From NCBI GenBank assembly GCA_021817785.1, contig JAKAFY010000002.1, positions 11,750 through 75,749 on the forward strand: 64,000 nt of DNA, read 5' to 3'. Positions 19,908 to 30,599 of the stretch are shown in pieces. Source of the stretch: a bacterium. GTDB lineage: Bacteria > Patescibacteriota > Microgenomatia > UBA10105 > UBA927. The notes below the pieces were generated by a model. That model had not been told where the DNA came from and did no database searches. It saw only the letters and a program-made list of their open reading frames with translations. Within the stretch, counting starts at the first letter, position 1; each line of letters starts with the position of its first letter. Both the position numbers and the translations under genes were made by a program.

Positions 19908-20729
19908 ATGCCCGAACGAAAAAAAACAGTCAGTCATAATACACCGTTCGTTGAACGGATGTTTATCGGTGTCGCACGCGCACCCAAAGCCTGGTCGGAA
20001 TATCAGGGGAGAAAGGCACTTGATATCTATGATGCGCTCAAATTTACCAAATTAACCTCCGAAGAAACAAAAATAGCAGATAAAACCCGTGCGTTTATCA
20101 ACAAACACCAAAAAGCTATCGGCTGGACGGCAACCGCATTCGAGATCGCTGTGATAGCAAAGATAGCGGCAGCAGGATACGGGCGATTGCATAAAAATAG
20201 CGACCATATAGTACAGGACTCGCAACCCGCATTCCCAACAGACTATGTCGCTGATTTGGCACCGGAGAGGGCAACCATGAAAGACGTCGTATCCGTATTG
20301 GCGATGGGTATTGTTCCGAAAGATCAATCTGCGGCGATTCTCGAAGCGCATTTTGCTCAATTTGCCGCAAAAAACAGTATTCCCATTCATCTGAAAGCAG
20401 AGAACACGCAATTACTATTCTCCCTTATAGGGGACGCGATACTCGGATGGAGGGGAATAGCGCAGGAATTTTTCACGGCTGATTTTTACACGCTTTGCAC
20501 AGCGATCTTTCTGAGGATAGCGTCCACGGACAAGGAAGACTCAATAGACTTGATGCATCAGGCTACGTTTGTATTGGACGGAGCATTTCCACATGATCCC
20601 CCTCAGGACGATGGTCCGGTGCAGACGGGTGTTGATGTCTGGAAATCACTCCAATTTTTCGGCATGAAAGATATTGCGTATCATTTTATTTCGGTATTTA
20701 AACGGAACGCTCATGAAGGAACAGCATAA
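19908..20729 (+). CDS. Tandem paralog 3 of 5
   Basis: ERMFIGV...EYQGRK...LTSEETK...AIGWTATAFE. Confidence 0.75.
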   Translation: MPERKKTVSHNTPFVERMFIGVARAPKAWSEYQGRKALDIYDALKFTKLTSEETKIADKTRAFINKHQKAIGWTATAFEIAVIAKIAAAGYGRLHKNSDHIVQDSQPAFPTDYVADLAPERATMKDVVSVLAMGIVPKDQSAAILEAHFAQFAAKNSIPIHLKAENTQLLFSLIGDAILGWRGIAQEFFTADFYTLCTAIFLRIASTDKEDSIDLMHQATFVLDGAFPHDPPQDDGPVQTGVDVWKSLQFFGMKDIAYHFISVFKRNAHEGTA

Positions 20730-21783
20730 ATCAGCGGATGCACCGCGCGTAAAACAGGTGTTTGTCGGGGTAGGAAATGCACTGAAACATATGACTCCCG
20801 AACATCAGGGAAAAGGCATATTGGCTCTGTACGACCATCTGTATTATTCTACGCTGACGGATGAAGAGAAAAAAGTGAAAGGCAAACTCCGGCCGATTAT
20901 AGAAAAGAATACCGCCGCCATCGGCTGGGCAGCAACGGGAGTAGAAGCAGCCACTCTCATCGCAATTGTTGCTATGGGTCTCAAGAAGTTTCGCTCAACG
21001 CGTGCTTCGGAAATGAATGCCGCAATAAAAGATGGAGTGATTCCCCAGCCAAAATTTATGCGTCCGGATGGAGAATTCCTTACGGAAGTCAGGCAGGGGC
21101 TTATGCGCACACATAATGAATTCAAATCAGAAGATATCGAGCTGATGTTGCATATGGCATTTGGCCAACGACCCACAGCAAAAGTAGCAGGAGCGATTGA
21201 TGAAGCCCTTCGGGAACGAAGCAGTCTGAACGATGCACACCTGGAAGGCGCATTCATAGAGCACGTCTATACTATATACAATAAACTGCCGATCCTTCGT
21301 AGGAGTATCGATAAGGATTTAGCGGTTCTCCATGAGGCAAATTTCCCCGGATTTGAACATATTATCATGGAACAGTGGAAATGTATGCCGGAGTCTCTTG
21401 CGACAACCGTTATCGATGCGCTCTCTAAGCATGTTGATTTGGCTGCGGCTAAACAACTTTGGGAGTTGCTGCATCCGTATCGAGAGGAGGCGTATACTTT
21501 TGAATCCTTTGCGAGTCCGCTTCACTGGAGTTCGATGTGGAACGGGCTTATATGGGGAGTGTTTGAGCGGTTTGTGCATATGCCAAGATCGGCAGAAGAA
21601 CGGAGCGCTTTGTTGAATCAGCCGGATATGTCGGAAGCGTGGTATACATTTTTTCAGTCATTCCGTATAGATGATCCGACGCATATAGCACAGCACATAC
21701 TCGACGACATATGTATAAAAGGGGCACGAGAGCTCGGGGACAGTTTTTTGAACAAATCCGTGTTGGAAAAACTGATAGGATGA
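20713..21783 (+). CDS. Tandem paralog 4 of 5
   Basis: KQVFVGV...PEHQGK...LTDEEKK...AIGWAATGVE. Confidence 0.75.
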   Translation: MKEQHKSADAPRVKQVFVGVGNALKHMTPEHQGKGILALYDHLYYSTLTDEEKKVKGKLRPIIEKNTAAIGWAATGVEAATLIAIVAMGLKKFRSTRASEMNAAIKDGVIPQPKFMRPDGEFLTEVRQGLMRTHNEFKSEDIELMLHMAFGQRPTAKVAGAIDEALRERSSLNDAHLEGAFIEHVYTIYNKLPILRRSIDKDLAVLHEANFPGFEHIIMEQWKCMPESLATTVIDALSKHVDLAAAKQLWELLHPYREEAYTFESFASPLHWSSMWNGLIWGVFERFVHMPRSAEERSALLNQPDMSEAWYTFFQSFRIDDPTHIAQHILDDICIKGARELGDSFLNKSVLEKLIG

Positions 21784-21784
21784 T

Positions 21785-22648
21785 ATGCATATGCCGGAAG
21801 TGTCTCGGACAACCTACCATGCCAAAGATACGCTCAAACGCGTCCTGATAGGCTCATGGAATGCAGTCAAACCTGAGCACCAGGGGAAAAAAGTGCTGGA
21901 ATTTTATGAAAAACTTCGGTTCCCAAAATATACGGACGAAGAAAAGAAAGTCGCAGACAGAATATATCTTCTGCTGAAAACGCATTCGAACGCCGTGGGA
22001 GTCGGGGCAATCGTTGGAGAGACGGCGGTGGCAGCTGCAGTCGTGTGGGGATATACACGTTTAAAACATCATAAGAAGTCTCTGCTACGGTCACAAGAAG
22101 GGCAACCTGCAGAGAAAATAAGCGGAGAGGTACTCTCGGTTGATGATTATCTTCAGAATACATTGGTCCCTCGCGATACCGCCATAGGTATTGTTATGGA
22201 TGAAGGAGTTGAAACATGGGGGATAGAAAAAAGAATATTAGATATATTAGGATATCACGATGAAGATCGTGTTGGTGAGATGGCATTTCTGCTTGGCTGT
22301 GCTGCACGAGTGCTCGATCCGATGAAGCCAAACGAACTACAGTTGGGTGATATCGGCACCGTGCTTTTGGATCCGAAGAACTTCGAAAAAATGAATGAAC
22401 TAGCGAATCACACTCCTCTGGAAAGCGGATTTCAGGCATTTCCCGTGGATCCGCATGTGGTTATAGACCGTCTTCGGTTCCTGTTTCGGGATGCTCCGGG
22501 CGGGTCTGACCTCTTTACGTATTGGGGCAGAGTTTTGCGTTTTACCGGGCTCCACGCCCTTATTCCCGGAGGGACGACACGTACGGATGGCGGCGCGGGT
22601 GTCCATCGGGTCTTGACGTGGCTATATATGGCCATGTCCTCATCGTAG
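21785..22648 (+). CDS. Tandem paralog 5 of 5
   Basis: KRVLIGSW...PEHQGK...YTDEEKK...AVGVGAIVGE. Confidence 0.75.
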   Translation: MHMPEVSRTTYHAKDTLKRVLIGSWNAVKPEHQGKKVLEFYEKLRFPKYTDEEKKVADRIYLLLKTHSNAVGVGAIVGETAVAAAVVWGYTRLKHHKKSLLRSQEGQPAEKISGEVLSVDDYLQNTLVPRDTAIGIVMDEGVETWGIEKRILDILGYHDEDRVGEMAFLLGCAARVLDPMKPNELQLGDIGTVLLDPKNFEKMNELANHTPLESGFQAFPVDPHVVIDRLRFLFRDAPGGSDLFTYWGRVLRFTGLHALIPGGTTRTDGGAGVHRVLTWLYMAMSSS

Positions 22649-22719
22649 TGTATTTTTCTTATTGCATATGTTTCGATATTTCCTCATACTTATATTCTTG
22701 TAATGTACCGCACAATCTC

Positions 22720-23007
22720 ATGCGCGAACGACTGACCGTTACTAGTATGACAGAACAATCATCCCCAGCGCCAAGACACACGGATGAGGGTGCCTTGCGG
22801 CATCCCGGGGTCCCGGCGACGTCCATAGAAGAAGAAGCATTGCGCGCAAACGCGAAGGTCCAGGGTGTGGAAGGAAAAGAGAGTGAAGAAGTGTCTGCAA
22901 TAGAACCGGGAAATGCCCCTGCAAAACTCCCTGAGTCCGGGCCGGTAAAGATACTTAATGACCGCCGCCGCCCTATCGTAAACCACCACGGTAAACATTC
23001 GTTTTAG
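22720..23007 (+). CDS. Small disordered hypothetical protein
   Basis: ATG ORF MRERLT. Confidence 0.45.
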   Translation: MRERLTVTSMTEQSSPAPRHTDEGALRHPGVPATSIEEEALRANAKVQGVEGKESEEVSAIEPGNAPAKLPESGPVKILNDRRRPIVNHHGKHSF

Positions 23008-23056
23008 CACTATATTTCTTGTTGATTGTTCGTGCTCTTTTTCATAGGATAGAAAT

Positions 23057-23368
23057 ATGATCCTTCTTTATCATGAAGAAGTGAGATTATTTATCCGGAC
23101 TTTGGAAAAGTCCACACAATCGAAAACGCTACGTGGATTAGATCTTCTTGAAAAATATGGTATGAGTGTCGGATTGCCTCATGTGAAGAAAGTCACGAGG
23201 ATGCTTTATGAATTACGCATTCGAGGTGTTCAGGAAATACGAATATTTTTCGTATCCCAACAATCTAGAATTGTATTACTGCACGGATTTATCAAAAAAT
23301 CTCAAAAAATTCCTCAAAAAGAGATTCGAGTTGCGCAAAAGCGATGGGAGATGTTGACAAGAATATAA
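23057..23368 (+). CDS. Type II toxin, RelE/HigB (Gp49-like)
   Basis: GLPHVKK, LYELRIRG, RIFF, LLHGFIKKSQKIP. Confidence 0.9.
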   Translation: MILLYHEEVRLFIRTLEKSTQSKTLRGLDLLEKYGMSVGLPHVKKVTRMLYELRIRGVQEIRIFFVSQQSRIVLLHGFIKKSQKIPQKEIRVAQKRWEMLTRI

Positions 23369-23391
23369 CATATATGTGATACTATGAACCT

Positions 23392-23679
23392 ATGAATATA
23401 AATGATCTTAAATCATTTTCTCAATTAAAAAAAGAATTACTCGCAGATCCAGAAGTTAAACGAGCATATGATGCCTTGGAGCCGGAGTTTGCACTCATCC
23501 GTTCGGTCATAGAAAAACGATTGGCAAAAAAGATGTCCCAAAAGGATTTGGCAGATAAAATGGGGACCAAACAATCGGCTATTTCTCGATTGGAATCTGG
23601 GACGGCAAATCCGTCTATGAAGTTTCTCCAAAAAGTCGCAACCGCCCTTGATGCGCGCCTCACCGTGGCTATTCAATAA
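23392..23679 (+). CDS. XRE-HTH antitoxin (HigA-like)
   Basis: MSQKDLADKMGTKQSAISRLESG; lies downstream of the toxin. Confidence 0.9.
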   Translation: MNINDLKSFSQLKKELLADPEVKRAYDALEPEFALIRSVIEKRLAKKMSQKDLADKMGTKQSAISRLESGTANPSMKFLQKVATALDARLTVAIQ

Positions 23680-23691
23680 GAGAATTAGCAC

Positions 23692-24894
23692 TCAATGATG
23701 TTTGATTGCTAGTGTTAGCAGTCGATAGTATCCAGTGACAATTTGGTGCCAATCAAAGTGATGGACAAGATGTTTTTGGAGCACTTTGGCAATCTTTTTC
23801 CGTTTTTCCGTATGGGTAAGTGCCCATAAAAGTGCTGCCCGTATGGCATGGTCATCTCCTGCAGGAATGAGTTTGCCGGTTTTATTGGGTACTATGACTT
23901 CCCGTACGCCCGCTACGTCGGTTGCTATGACGTATGCGCCGCTTGCACCCGCTTCCAGGATAACGTTGGGGAATCCTTCGTTATGATGGGAAGGGTGTAC
24001 AAATATGTCCGAAGCTTGGAGCGTATCGCGGACACCTTTGGTGTTTAGTGGACCCAGGAAAACGACACGGTTTTCCAGATTGTCCTGCCGAATCTGTTTT
24101 TTTATGGAGTCGGATAACGGACCATCACCTGCTATGGCGAAATAGACATTGCGTTTGAGTTTTGGGAACAACTGCCGAAATATTTTGTATATTTTAAGCG
24201 CCCCTTTGGCCCAGATGAGGCGACCGACAAAAGTGATAAAGATGTCTGTAGGCTTTACCTTGCGGCGTATGCCTGGTATACGACGTTTATTTCGCGCGAT
24301 AGGAGAAAAGTATGCAGTATCCACGCCGCCGTATACGAGCCGGATATTTTGTTTGAATGTATATGTGCGATTGAGAAACAATTGGGCAGATTTATTGGTT
24401 GCTGTGACAAGATCATAGCGGGGGAGGCTCCATGCAGCAAGGGTGTGGTCGACGAGGTTGGCTATGGCCTCTACTGTTTGATTTTCGTGTACCGGACGAC
24501 CCGCTACGTGTTCTGTGAATATACTTTTGGCTCCGATTATTTTGGCATACAGCCACGTCCACCAGGCCGAGTCGAAAAACCGCAGGTGGGTATGGACAAA
24601 CGTATAGTTATTGTGAGCCAGTTTGGATAATACCATGCAGAGTGCAATAGGATTTGGAAGAGCAAACTGGTCAGGGAGTATCTGCCAGCCGGGTATTCGG
24701 TATATCGTAAGACCGCGATAGGTTTCTACCGCGGGAGCATTGTCGGTGTTATAGCACACCACATCCACGGAGATGTGTTTATACGTTTCCATAAGGTGGA
24801 CGTAGAGCTCTTCCATATACCGCTGACTCCCCCCGATATGGGGGTAGAAGTACGGAGAGATAAGGAGGATATGTAATTGTGTTTTGCGTTTCAT
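23692..24894 (-). CDS. Glycosyltransferase family 4
   Basis: PYFYPHIGG, GVDT, FVGRL, EGFPNVILEA. Confidence 0.93.
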   Translation of the reverse strand: MKRKTQLHILLISPYFYPHIGGSQRYMEELYVHLMETYKHISVDVVCYNTDNAPAVETYRGLTIYRIPGWQILPDQFALPNPIALCMVLSKLAHNNYTFVHTHLRFFDSAWWTWLYAKIIGAKSIFTEHVAGRPVHENQTVEAIANLVDHTLAAWSLPRYDLVTATNKSAQLFLNRTYTFKQNIRLVYGGVDTAYFSPIARNKRRIPGIRRKVKPTDIFITFVGRLIWAKGALKIYKIFRQLFPKLKRNVYFAIAGDGPLSDSIKKQIRQDNLENRVVFLGPLNTKGVRDTLQASDIFVHPSHHNEGFPNVILEAGASGAYVIATDVAGVREVIVPNKTGKLIPAGDDHAIRAALLWALTHTEKRKKIAKVLQKHLVHHFDWHQIVTGYYRLLTLAIKHH

Positions 24895-27749
24895 ATGTTA
24901 CTTTTCCGCAGCACGAACCATATGCTTATCGGAAGGAAAAGAAATCCAAGATATTCCAGGAGTTGTGGGGCAAAATACAAAACGATGATCTTTTCAGAAT
25001 TCGTATCAACTGTCCATCCGTTTTCCCAATTATTAACGAGAACGTGCTGAAGTAGTCTTCCTTGGGAAAGATCTATAGCTACCCAGCCCGGGTTATATGC
25101 CTGAGAGAGTATGAACGTCGTATTCATAGTATCCGTATTTTTGGGTAGCACAAAGCTATACAGCGAAGGAATACTTTTTGAAATTCCCGTTACATATTTG
25201 TTGTTTGCTATACTCGTAGGCATCATCCCTGAGTACATATTTACCATGTTTTGATATGGTAGTTTATAGAAAGTAATTGTTCCTATGCTGTTTATGGTTT
25301 CTATGTTCCCGATGCTATTGTTCGTGAGATATACCGTGTACCCTAGCCCATCTATGGCAAGCGGCGGGAGTACAAAATAACTGGTCGTCCATTCTGGTTT
25401 TGTCGGCAGATCTGTTTTTATTTCAGTATGTTTTGCCGTATCATTTTGTATGACAAAATTCATAGGTTGTCCTGAAATATGACGTGAGGTGACGGACACA
25501 AGATATCCTTGGCTATGAACAAGTGATGGAGTTATATATGTGAGACATCCCTGGTTATTTATGCTTGTGAGTGTGATGGCAGTTTCGGAAACTTTTTCTT
25601 GCGCGAGTGTCCCTTCCGGGGCTCCACATGTGGCAAAGAGGTGGTTTTGTTCGTCGCCTGGGGTGAGTATGGTGGCTGTATCAATGCTTTTTTGTATGAT
25701 TACCTGAGACGTGTCAGCGTGTGGTGTGATAGATGTGAACGAGATAGCTTGATCGGATTCTGCGATATGAAACTGGTATGTTTGTGCCTCTCGTTTTGTA
25801 AATAATGATCGGTATGGATAGATAATATCTGACGGAGATCCTGTGGTAGTCTGTGTGATATAACTACCGAGTTGGGCATATGCTACATCATTATCCGTCC
25901 AGCTATATGCAGGGAACACCGTCGGTAGATTCTGCGTGAGGCGTATTGGTGATGGTATCTGTTGTCGTTGGTAAATTGTTACCGTTCCGAATGTTTTAGT
26001 AGGTTGAAACGATGGAATCTGAGCAAGAAGCTCCGGTATCTCCGCAAGGAGGAGGCTTCGTGCATTGTTTCTATTAATCACCGACGTGTCATATAGGATA
26101 TACGACACATCATATTTGTCAAAAACTGCGGTAAGTAATGCCGGATTGTTACTATACAACGCGTATGATAATTCCCAGTAATAATTTTCGTTGTATGTAC
26201 TCCAACGGTCGTAATCCCGGTCTAAGATAGGCTGCGGTAGGCCATATTGGAGGAATCCTGCGCCTTGATATCCCCATCGATAGTTTACCCAGTTCCAAAA
26301 ATCAGCTGCCGGGAGTATAGCGATACGAGCATTGGGCGATTGTGTGTCAAACCAACGGAACATATCAAAGTAGTACGTAGGTATAGAAATCCTCATGGCT
26401 GGTTGTATGAGATAGCCCGTAAAGAAAGGCTGAAATGATATGATTGGCACTATAGTAAGTATAGTGCTAAAAATGAGTACCACAATGATGTTTGGAAGTG
26501 CATCTAGGACAGTCGCGACACCTATAGCCGCAAACACCATTTCGCCCAGAAGAAACAGAATAGAGAATTTTGTAAAGGGCAATCTGAGTGCTTCGGCAAG
26601 TACCGGAAGATGTGATTGTATGAATACAAAGATATCTTTCATTGGCCATTGGCCATTCGCCAGTATAGCGTAGGGGATGAGCAGCAATGGAAGGAGCACA
26701 ATCATCTTTTTATCCTTTTTCATCAGTGCAACACTCGCGCCGATAAGCGTAAAAATGACGATAGACCAAAGATACCCCTGCATCACTGGGGAATTTAGTC
26801 TGGTATTCCAGATATCCAATACCGGTGTTTGGCTTAGTGTATTTGGGTTCACAAATCCCCAGTCAAATAAGAAATTTTTGAGTATTGCTGCATCCTGCCA
26901 TGTACCAAATTTCTGATTTTTGAGAAACGCTTCCTGGGTAAACAGCTCATTTACCTTTGCTGATTGGACATGTGTCCCTTGGGTGAGTACGGCATAGACG
27001 TTTGGCAGCAGCCAGAATGCATTCACGCCGATTGTTAAAAAGAAGATAACACCAGCTCGTTTTAGCAAAGCAATTTTGTTTTTTCCGATGAGAGACGCCC
27101 AACCGACTACAATAGTAAGCATGCCAGCATAGGCGTAAAAAAGTGTAGCGGTTTGTGCCTGTGGGGCTGCCAGTAATGTGATAACGGCAAACACCCATGC
27201 ATCACGTCTGTTGCCATTTGTGAGGATGCGCAGGGCGAAATAAAAGAGCCATGGGATGAGTGCATAGTGTACTGCAAACATTTCCAAAGGTACGGCAAAA
27301 TGCTGGACCGTTGCGAGGTTAAATAGATAAAACAACGATGCGATGAATGCCGCAGTGCTGGGTCTTTTTGTACGATGTTCCAATAGGTGTTTTGTCAGGG
27401 TGTAGACGCCAAGCGGGCCTATGAAAAGTGCCGCAAAAAACGTCGTATAGCGCAATACATTAATTGGCATGACCCAAGACATGGCCCAAAGGAGGATGAC
27501 CCGTGGTAAATCGGCCATGTGCGATTGTATAGCCACAGCTCCTAGTCCTTGGTCTGCACGCCAGACCCCGGTGAGCATACGGGAGAAAGCTAGGCGGAAG
27601 TTAAACTCAGGATGCAGAGTATCCCAGCCCGTAAGAAACGTGTTTGGCGTGAAGTTGCACCCGGCGAGCACCCCGGCTAAAAAGGCCAGAAGTAGAGGAT
27701 AAATCCCAATATATGGGATATATCTGCTATGTGATGGTTTGTTCCACAT
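24891..27749 (-). CDS. Large polytopic membrane protein (GT-C-like)
   Basis: About 12 N-terminal TM segments, large extracellular domain, VNNWENGW near a C-terminal TM; 4-bp overlap with the GT4 gene. Confidence 0.7.
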   Translation of the reverse strand: MWNKPSHSRYIPYIGIYPLLLAFLAGVLAGCNFTPNTFLTGWDTLHPEFNFRLAFSRMLTGVWRADQGLGAVAIQSHMADLPRVILLWAMSWVMPINVLRYTTFFAALFIGPLGVYTLTKHLLEHRTKRPSTAAFIASLFYLFNLATVQHFAVPLEMFAVHYALIPWLFYFALRILTNGNRRDAWVFAVITLLAAPQAQTATLFYAYAGMLTIVVGWASLIGKNKIALLKRAGVIFFLTIGVNAFWLLPNVYAVLTQGTHVQSAKVNELFTQEAFLKNQKFGTWQDAAILKNFLFDWGFVNPNTLSQTPVLDIWNTRLNSPVMQGYLWSIVIFTLIGASVALMKKDKKMIVLLPLLLIPYAILANGQWPMKDIFVFIQSHLPVLAEALRLPFTKFSILFLLGEMVFAAIGVATVLDALPNIIVVLIFSTILTIVPIISFQPFFTGYLIQPAMRISIPTYYFDMFRWFDTQSPNARIAILPAADFWNWVNYRWGYQGAGFLQYGLPQPILDRDYDRWSTYNENYYWELSYALYSNNPALLTAVFDKYDVSYILYDTSVINRNNARSLLLAEIPELLAQIPSFQPTKTFGTVTIYQRQQIPSPIRLTQNLPTVFPAYSWTDNDVAYAQLGSYITQTTTGSPSDIIYPYRSLFTKREAQTYQFHIAESDQAISFTSITPHADTSQVIIQKSIDTATILTPGDEQNHLFATCGAPEGTLAQEKVSETAITLTSINNQGCLTYITPSLVHSQGYLVSVTSRHISGQPMNFVIQNDTAKHTEIKTDLPTKPEWTTSYFVLPPLAIDGLGYTVYLTNNSIGNIETINSIGTITFYKLPYQNMVNMYSGMMPTSIANNKYVTGISKSIPSLYSFVLPKNTDTMNTTFILSQAYNPGWVAIDLSQGRLLQHVLVNNWENGWTVDTNSEKIIVLYFAPQLLEYLGFLFLPISIWFVLRKSNI

Positions 27750-27925
27750 ATGTTATTTATTAAAGCTAAGCTTTCTTGGGCAAATTTTGCAGAAAAAGCT
27801 TAGCTTTTTAGTACGGAATAGTCTTTTCTGCTAACAACCGTCTGGTTGTTTTCAGGAAAAACTAGGCATACAGGGTTCCCAAAAACTGGGAGTTCCGACG
27901 AAGGTCGGGCCTAGTTTTTGAGATG

Positions 27926-27955
27926 GAGAGGGGCCGACGATTGTCGGCCTCTCTC
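27926..27955. terminator. Hairpin after the last island gene
   Basis: GAGAGGGGCCGAC-GATT-GTCGGCCTCTCTC; similar hairpin at 33831-33860. Confidence 0.55.
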
Positions 27956-27983
27956 GTAAATACTCTCGTGTGACCTTGTAGGG

Positions 27984-29075
27984 TCACTGTCCAAACTCCT
28001 TTGTTGTTCCGTCGCTATAGATAGCGGTGTAGCTTGACGGCAGGAACCCCTCATAATCGAGGGTGGTCAACAACGTGATGTTCATGTTGTTGCCTCTGAT
28101 TTCCTGAGTCCAGTTGTTGTCAGCTGGCGTTGTGCCATCAGGCGTGTTACCAAACAGAACGATGTTGCTTCCAGACGGAAACGTTTTGTTTATTATCTTG
28201 CATCCTTCAGGGCAAGCAACGATGGTAACACTACCCTCAGTGACGCCGACATGATCAAAGCTATGAGGATCAGCCGTCGAATCTACGAAGTTGTAGCCAA
28301 CGATTTGATCGTTTACTTTGATAACCTTGGTGCTCGGACCGCCAACGACAGCAATCGCTACATCCACAGTGCTCAGCGGATCAATGCCCAGCTGATCGGG
28401 ACTGGTCGGTTGATCATCACGTGTGAATGTCTTTGAAGCGAAACCAGCGACCGTGTTGCCCCAGGTATATTGATACGCTTTATTGCAGCCATGGTCGCCG
28501 CAATTTTTGCCCTGGAACATCAACTTGACTGCGTTGAACGTGGTCAGGTTGGGAACCTCGAATCCTGGAAACAAAGTTGTGACGTTGATATTGCCTTGAA
28601 CATAATCTGTTACCTGATGGTCACAGCTCCCGGTTTGTTGCCGACACACTATAGTGACAACATTTCCTTCAGTTCCGTCACTTTTGTATGTTTGGTCATC
28701 CACTTTGAAGTTTCCACCTGAGATCGTGGTGGTGGCTTCAGCAGGTGTGACAACCTTATATGGACCGGGTTGGATCAGGTCGTATGAGACGCCGGTCAGA
28801 ATGCCGTGATCAATCAGCCCGAATGCATTCATGGGTGGGCTGTAGGTCACAATGTGACCCTGAGTAGCCTGTGGCGTTGAAACGGGCGTCGGGCTGGCGG
28901 ATGCGGTTGTCGGCTGCGCGGCTTGGGCTGTCATTGCAATAGCCGTTTGTACAACAATGTTCAGTTGCTGTTGAGACATCTGTGTGGGCGCGACTGGTGC
29001 GCAGGCGCCGAGAGTAAAACTCGCCAGAATCAAAACGGCGAGTAAAAAGTAGGTAAAGCGGTTTGTTGTTTTCAT
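27984..29075 (-). CDS. Putative lipoprotein, Cys/Thr-rich
   Basis: MKTTNRF...FTLGAC lipobox; GGAG SD; Ala/Thr/Pro linker. Confidence 0.75.
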   Translation of the reverse strand: MKTTNRFTYFLLAVLILASFTLGACAPVAPTQMSQQQLNIVVQTAIAMTAQAAQPTTASASPTPVSTPQATQGHIVTYSPPMNAFGLIDHGILTGVSYDLIQPGPYKVVTPAEATTTISGGNFKVDDQTYKSDGTEGNVVTIVCRQQTGSCDHQVTDYVQGNINVTTLFPGFEVPNLTTFNAVKLMFQGKNCGDHGCNKAYQYTWGNTVAGFASKTFTRDDQPTSPDQLGIDPLSTVDVAIAVVGGPSTKVIKVNDQIVGYNFVDSTADPHSFDHVGVTEGSVTIVACPEGCKIINKTFPSGSNIVLFGNTPDGTTPADNNWTQEIRGNNMNITLLTTLDYEGFLPSSYTAIYSDGTTKEFGQ

Positions 29076-29245
29076 GGCTGCTTCTCCAATTGAGCAGATT
29101 TTGAAACTTCTGGCTAGGTCCGCTAGTTTGCAGATCCAGTCAGATAGACGGATTGAAGAGTCTCGCTTGTAGCAAGACTCCTTGACAACGAACAAACGTG
29201 CCAATTTACTTAAAGCCTCACCTCCTTTGTAAGTGAGTTTTTGGA

Positions 29246-29683
29246 TCAATGGGTTGCCAGGTCAGCACATGGATAAATCTGATGTCTGACCCAAACGCCA
29301 TTGATCTTTGTGCCCAATCCAGCGACATCCTCCATGCAGAGGAGGGTGATATTTGGCGTAACAAAAGATAAATCTTCAGTTGTTACGTTGCTATTATCCG
29401 GGCAATCGATACTCTGTTCAGAGTTCGAATAACTTGCCACGTTTATGACCGTACCACCTTGAGAAGTTGAGGTCATTGTCTGACATAGCGTTGGTTGTAC
29501 TTGTACTGAGCCATTCCCAGAATTGACTGCATAGGGATGACCTAAACCGCCGCTGTAAAACAAATTAAAGCGACCAAGGGCACCGCTGAAGTACAGCGCG
29601 GCTGTGATGATTATCGCTATGAGCATGAAGAACCACTTGAAATCACCGAACATTTCCGCAAAGAATCGAAATAAGCCTTTCAT
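29246..29683 (-). CDS. Membrane-anchored hypothetical protein
   Basis: N-terminal TM; AGGAG SD. Confidence 0.65.
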   Translation of the reverse strand: MKGLFRFFAEMFGDFKWFFMLIAIIITAALYFSGALGRFNLFYSGGLGHPYAVNSGNGSVQVQPTLCQTMTSTSQGGTVINVASYSNSEQSIDCPDNSNVTTEDLSFVTPNITLLCMEDVAGLGTKINGVWVRHQIYPCADLATH

Positions 29684-29727
29684 CCTTCATCTCCTAAATC
29701 CGGATATCTTTTTTGATTCCGGCAAAA

Positions 29728-30021
29728 TTATCGGCGTTGACGATGTCTGGCAGCGTAAAACCAAAACCAGGCTAGGGTGCCAACGGCTATTATGATCACA
29801 AATAAGACAATCCAGTAAACTGGTTTGTCCCAAGGATCCCAAGGGTCAAGCGCTTTTGGCGTCGGCGTGAACGTCGGCAGAACCATGGGTTTCATGGTTG
29901 GTATCGGCGTTGGCGTTCCGAACCGCATTGTTGGCAAAACCTCCCTTGTTGCTTCCAAAATCATGCACGCAAATAATATGACGAGTAATAAAATCATCAT
30001 ATTTCTTATTTTTTGTGCCAT
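29728..30021 (-). CDS. Small membrane protein with PT-rich linker
   Basis: Two hydrophobic segments; GGAGG SD. Confidence 0.65.
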   Translation of the reverse strand: MAQKIRNMMILLLVILFACMILEATREVLPTMRFGTPTPIPTMKPMVLPTFTPTPKALDPWDPWDKPVYWIVLFVIIIAVGTLAWFWFYAARHRQRR

Positions 30022-30123
30022 TTCTACCTCCAATAACCTGTCAGCGGCGTTTGCGCTGGCTGACTAGGTCCAATGAAAATGGCCGACGGCCAATTGCTTG
30101 GTAGCCGTCGGTCCGGTCGTGCG

Positions 30124-30588
30124 CTAGCCGCTTTGGCCAGGAAAAGGCTCTCGCTGAAGCTTCGGAGTGGTAAAGAACAACACTCCACTACATAAACGAA
30201 ACTTTGCCATGGTGTATGCATATCCGTTGTCCTCCAAAAGTATGGATAGCAAAATTGTCTCGCGTCCTTCCCAAACCGGTTTTACAACTGGGTTGCCTTC
30301 TTTGGGAATCAACTGAACCTCACCGTTTAGGTTTGTGATATAGCCCAAGGTCTTTCCCTTAACCATGATGATGTACTCGCCTGTTAGAATTTGAAAATCC
30401 GGACTCGGCGGGCACACTCTTTCTGGCATCATTTCAGCAAAACTCAGTGTTGGCGCTTCGGTTGCAACAGCCTTTTCTGACCCACCAGGTGGGTTTAAGA
30501 GAAAAAAGACGCTTATTGCGATGATGAGGCCGATTACGCCCAGCATTATCCACGTTGTATTATCAGGTTTTCCTTTATATCTGCCCAT
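30124..30588 (-). CDS. Membrane-anchored hypothetical protein
   Basis: N-terminal TM; GAGG SD. Confidence 0.65.
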   Translation of the reverse strand: MGRYKGKPDNTTWIMLGVIGLIIAISVFFLLNPPGGSEKAVATEAPTLSFAEMMPERVCPPSPDFQILTGEYIIMVKGKTLGYITNLNGEVQLIPKEGNPVVKPVWEGRETILLSILLEDNGYAYTMAKFRLCSGVLFFTTPKLQREPFPGQSG

Positions 30589-30599
30589 GGCTTCACCTC

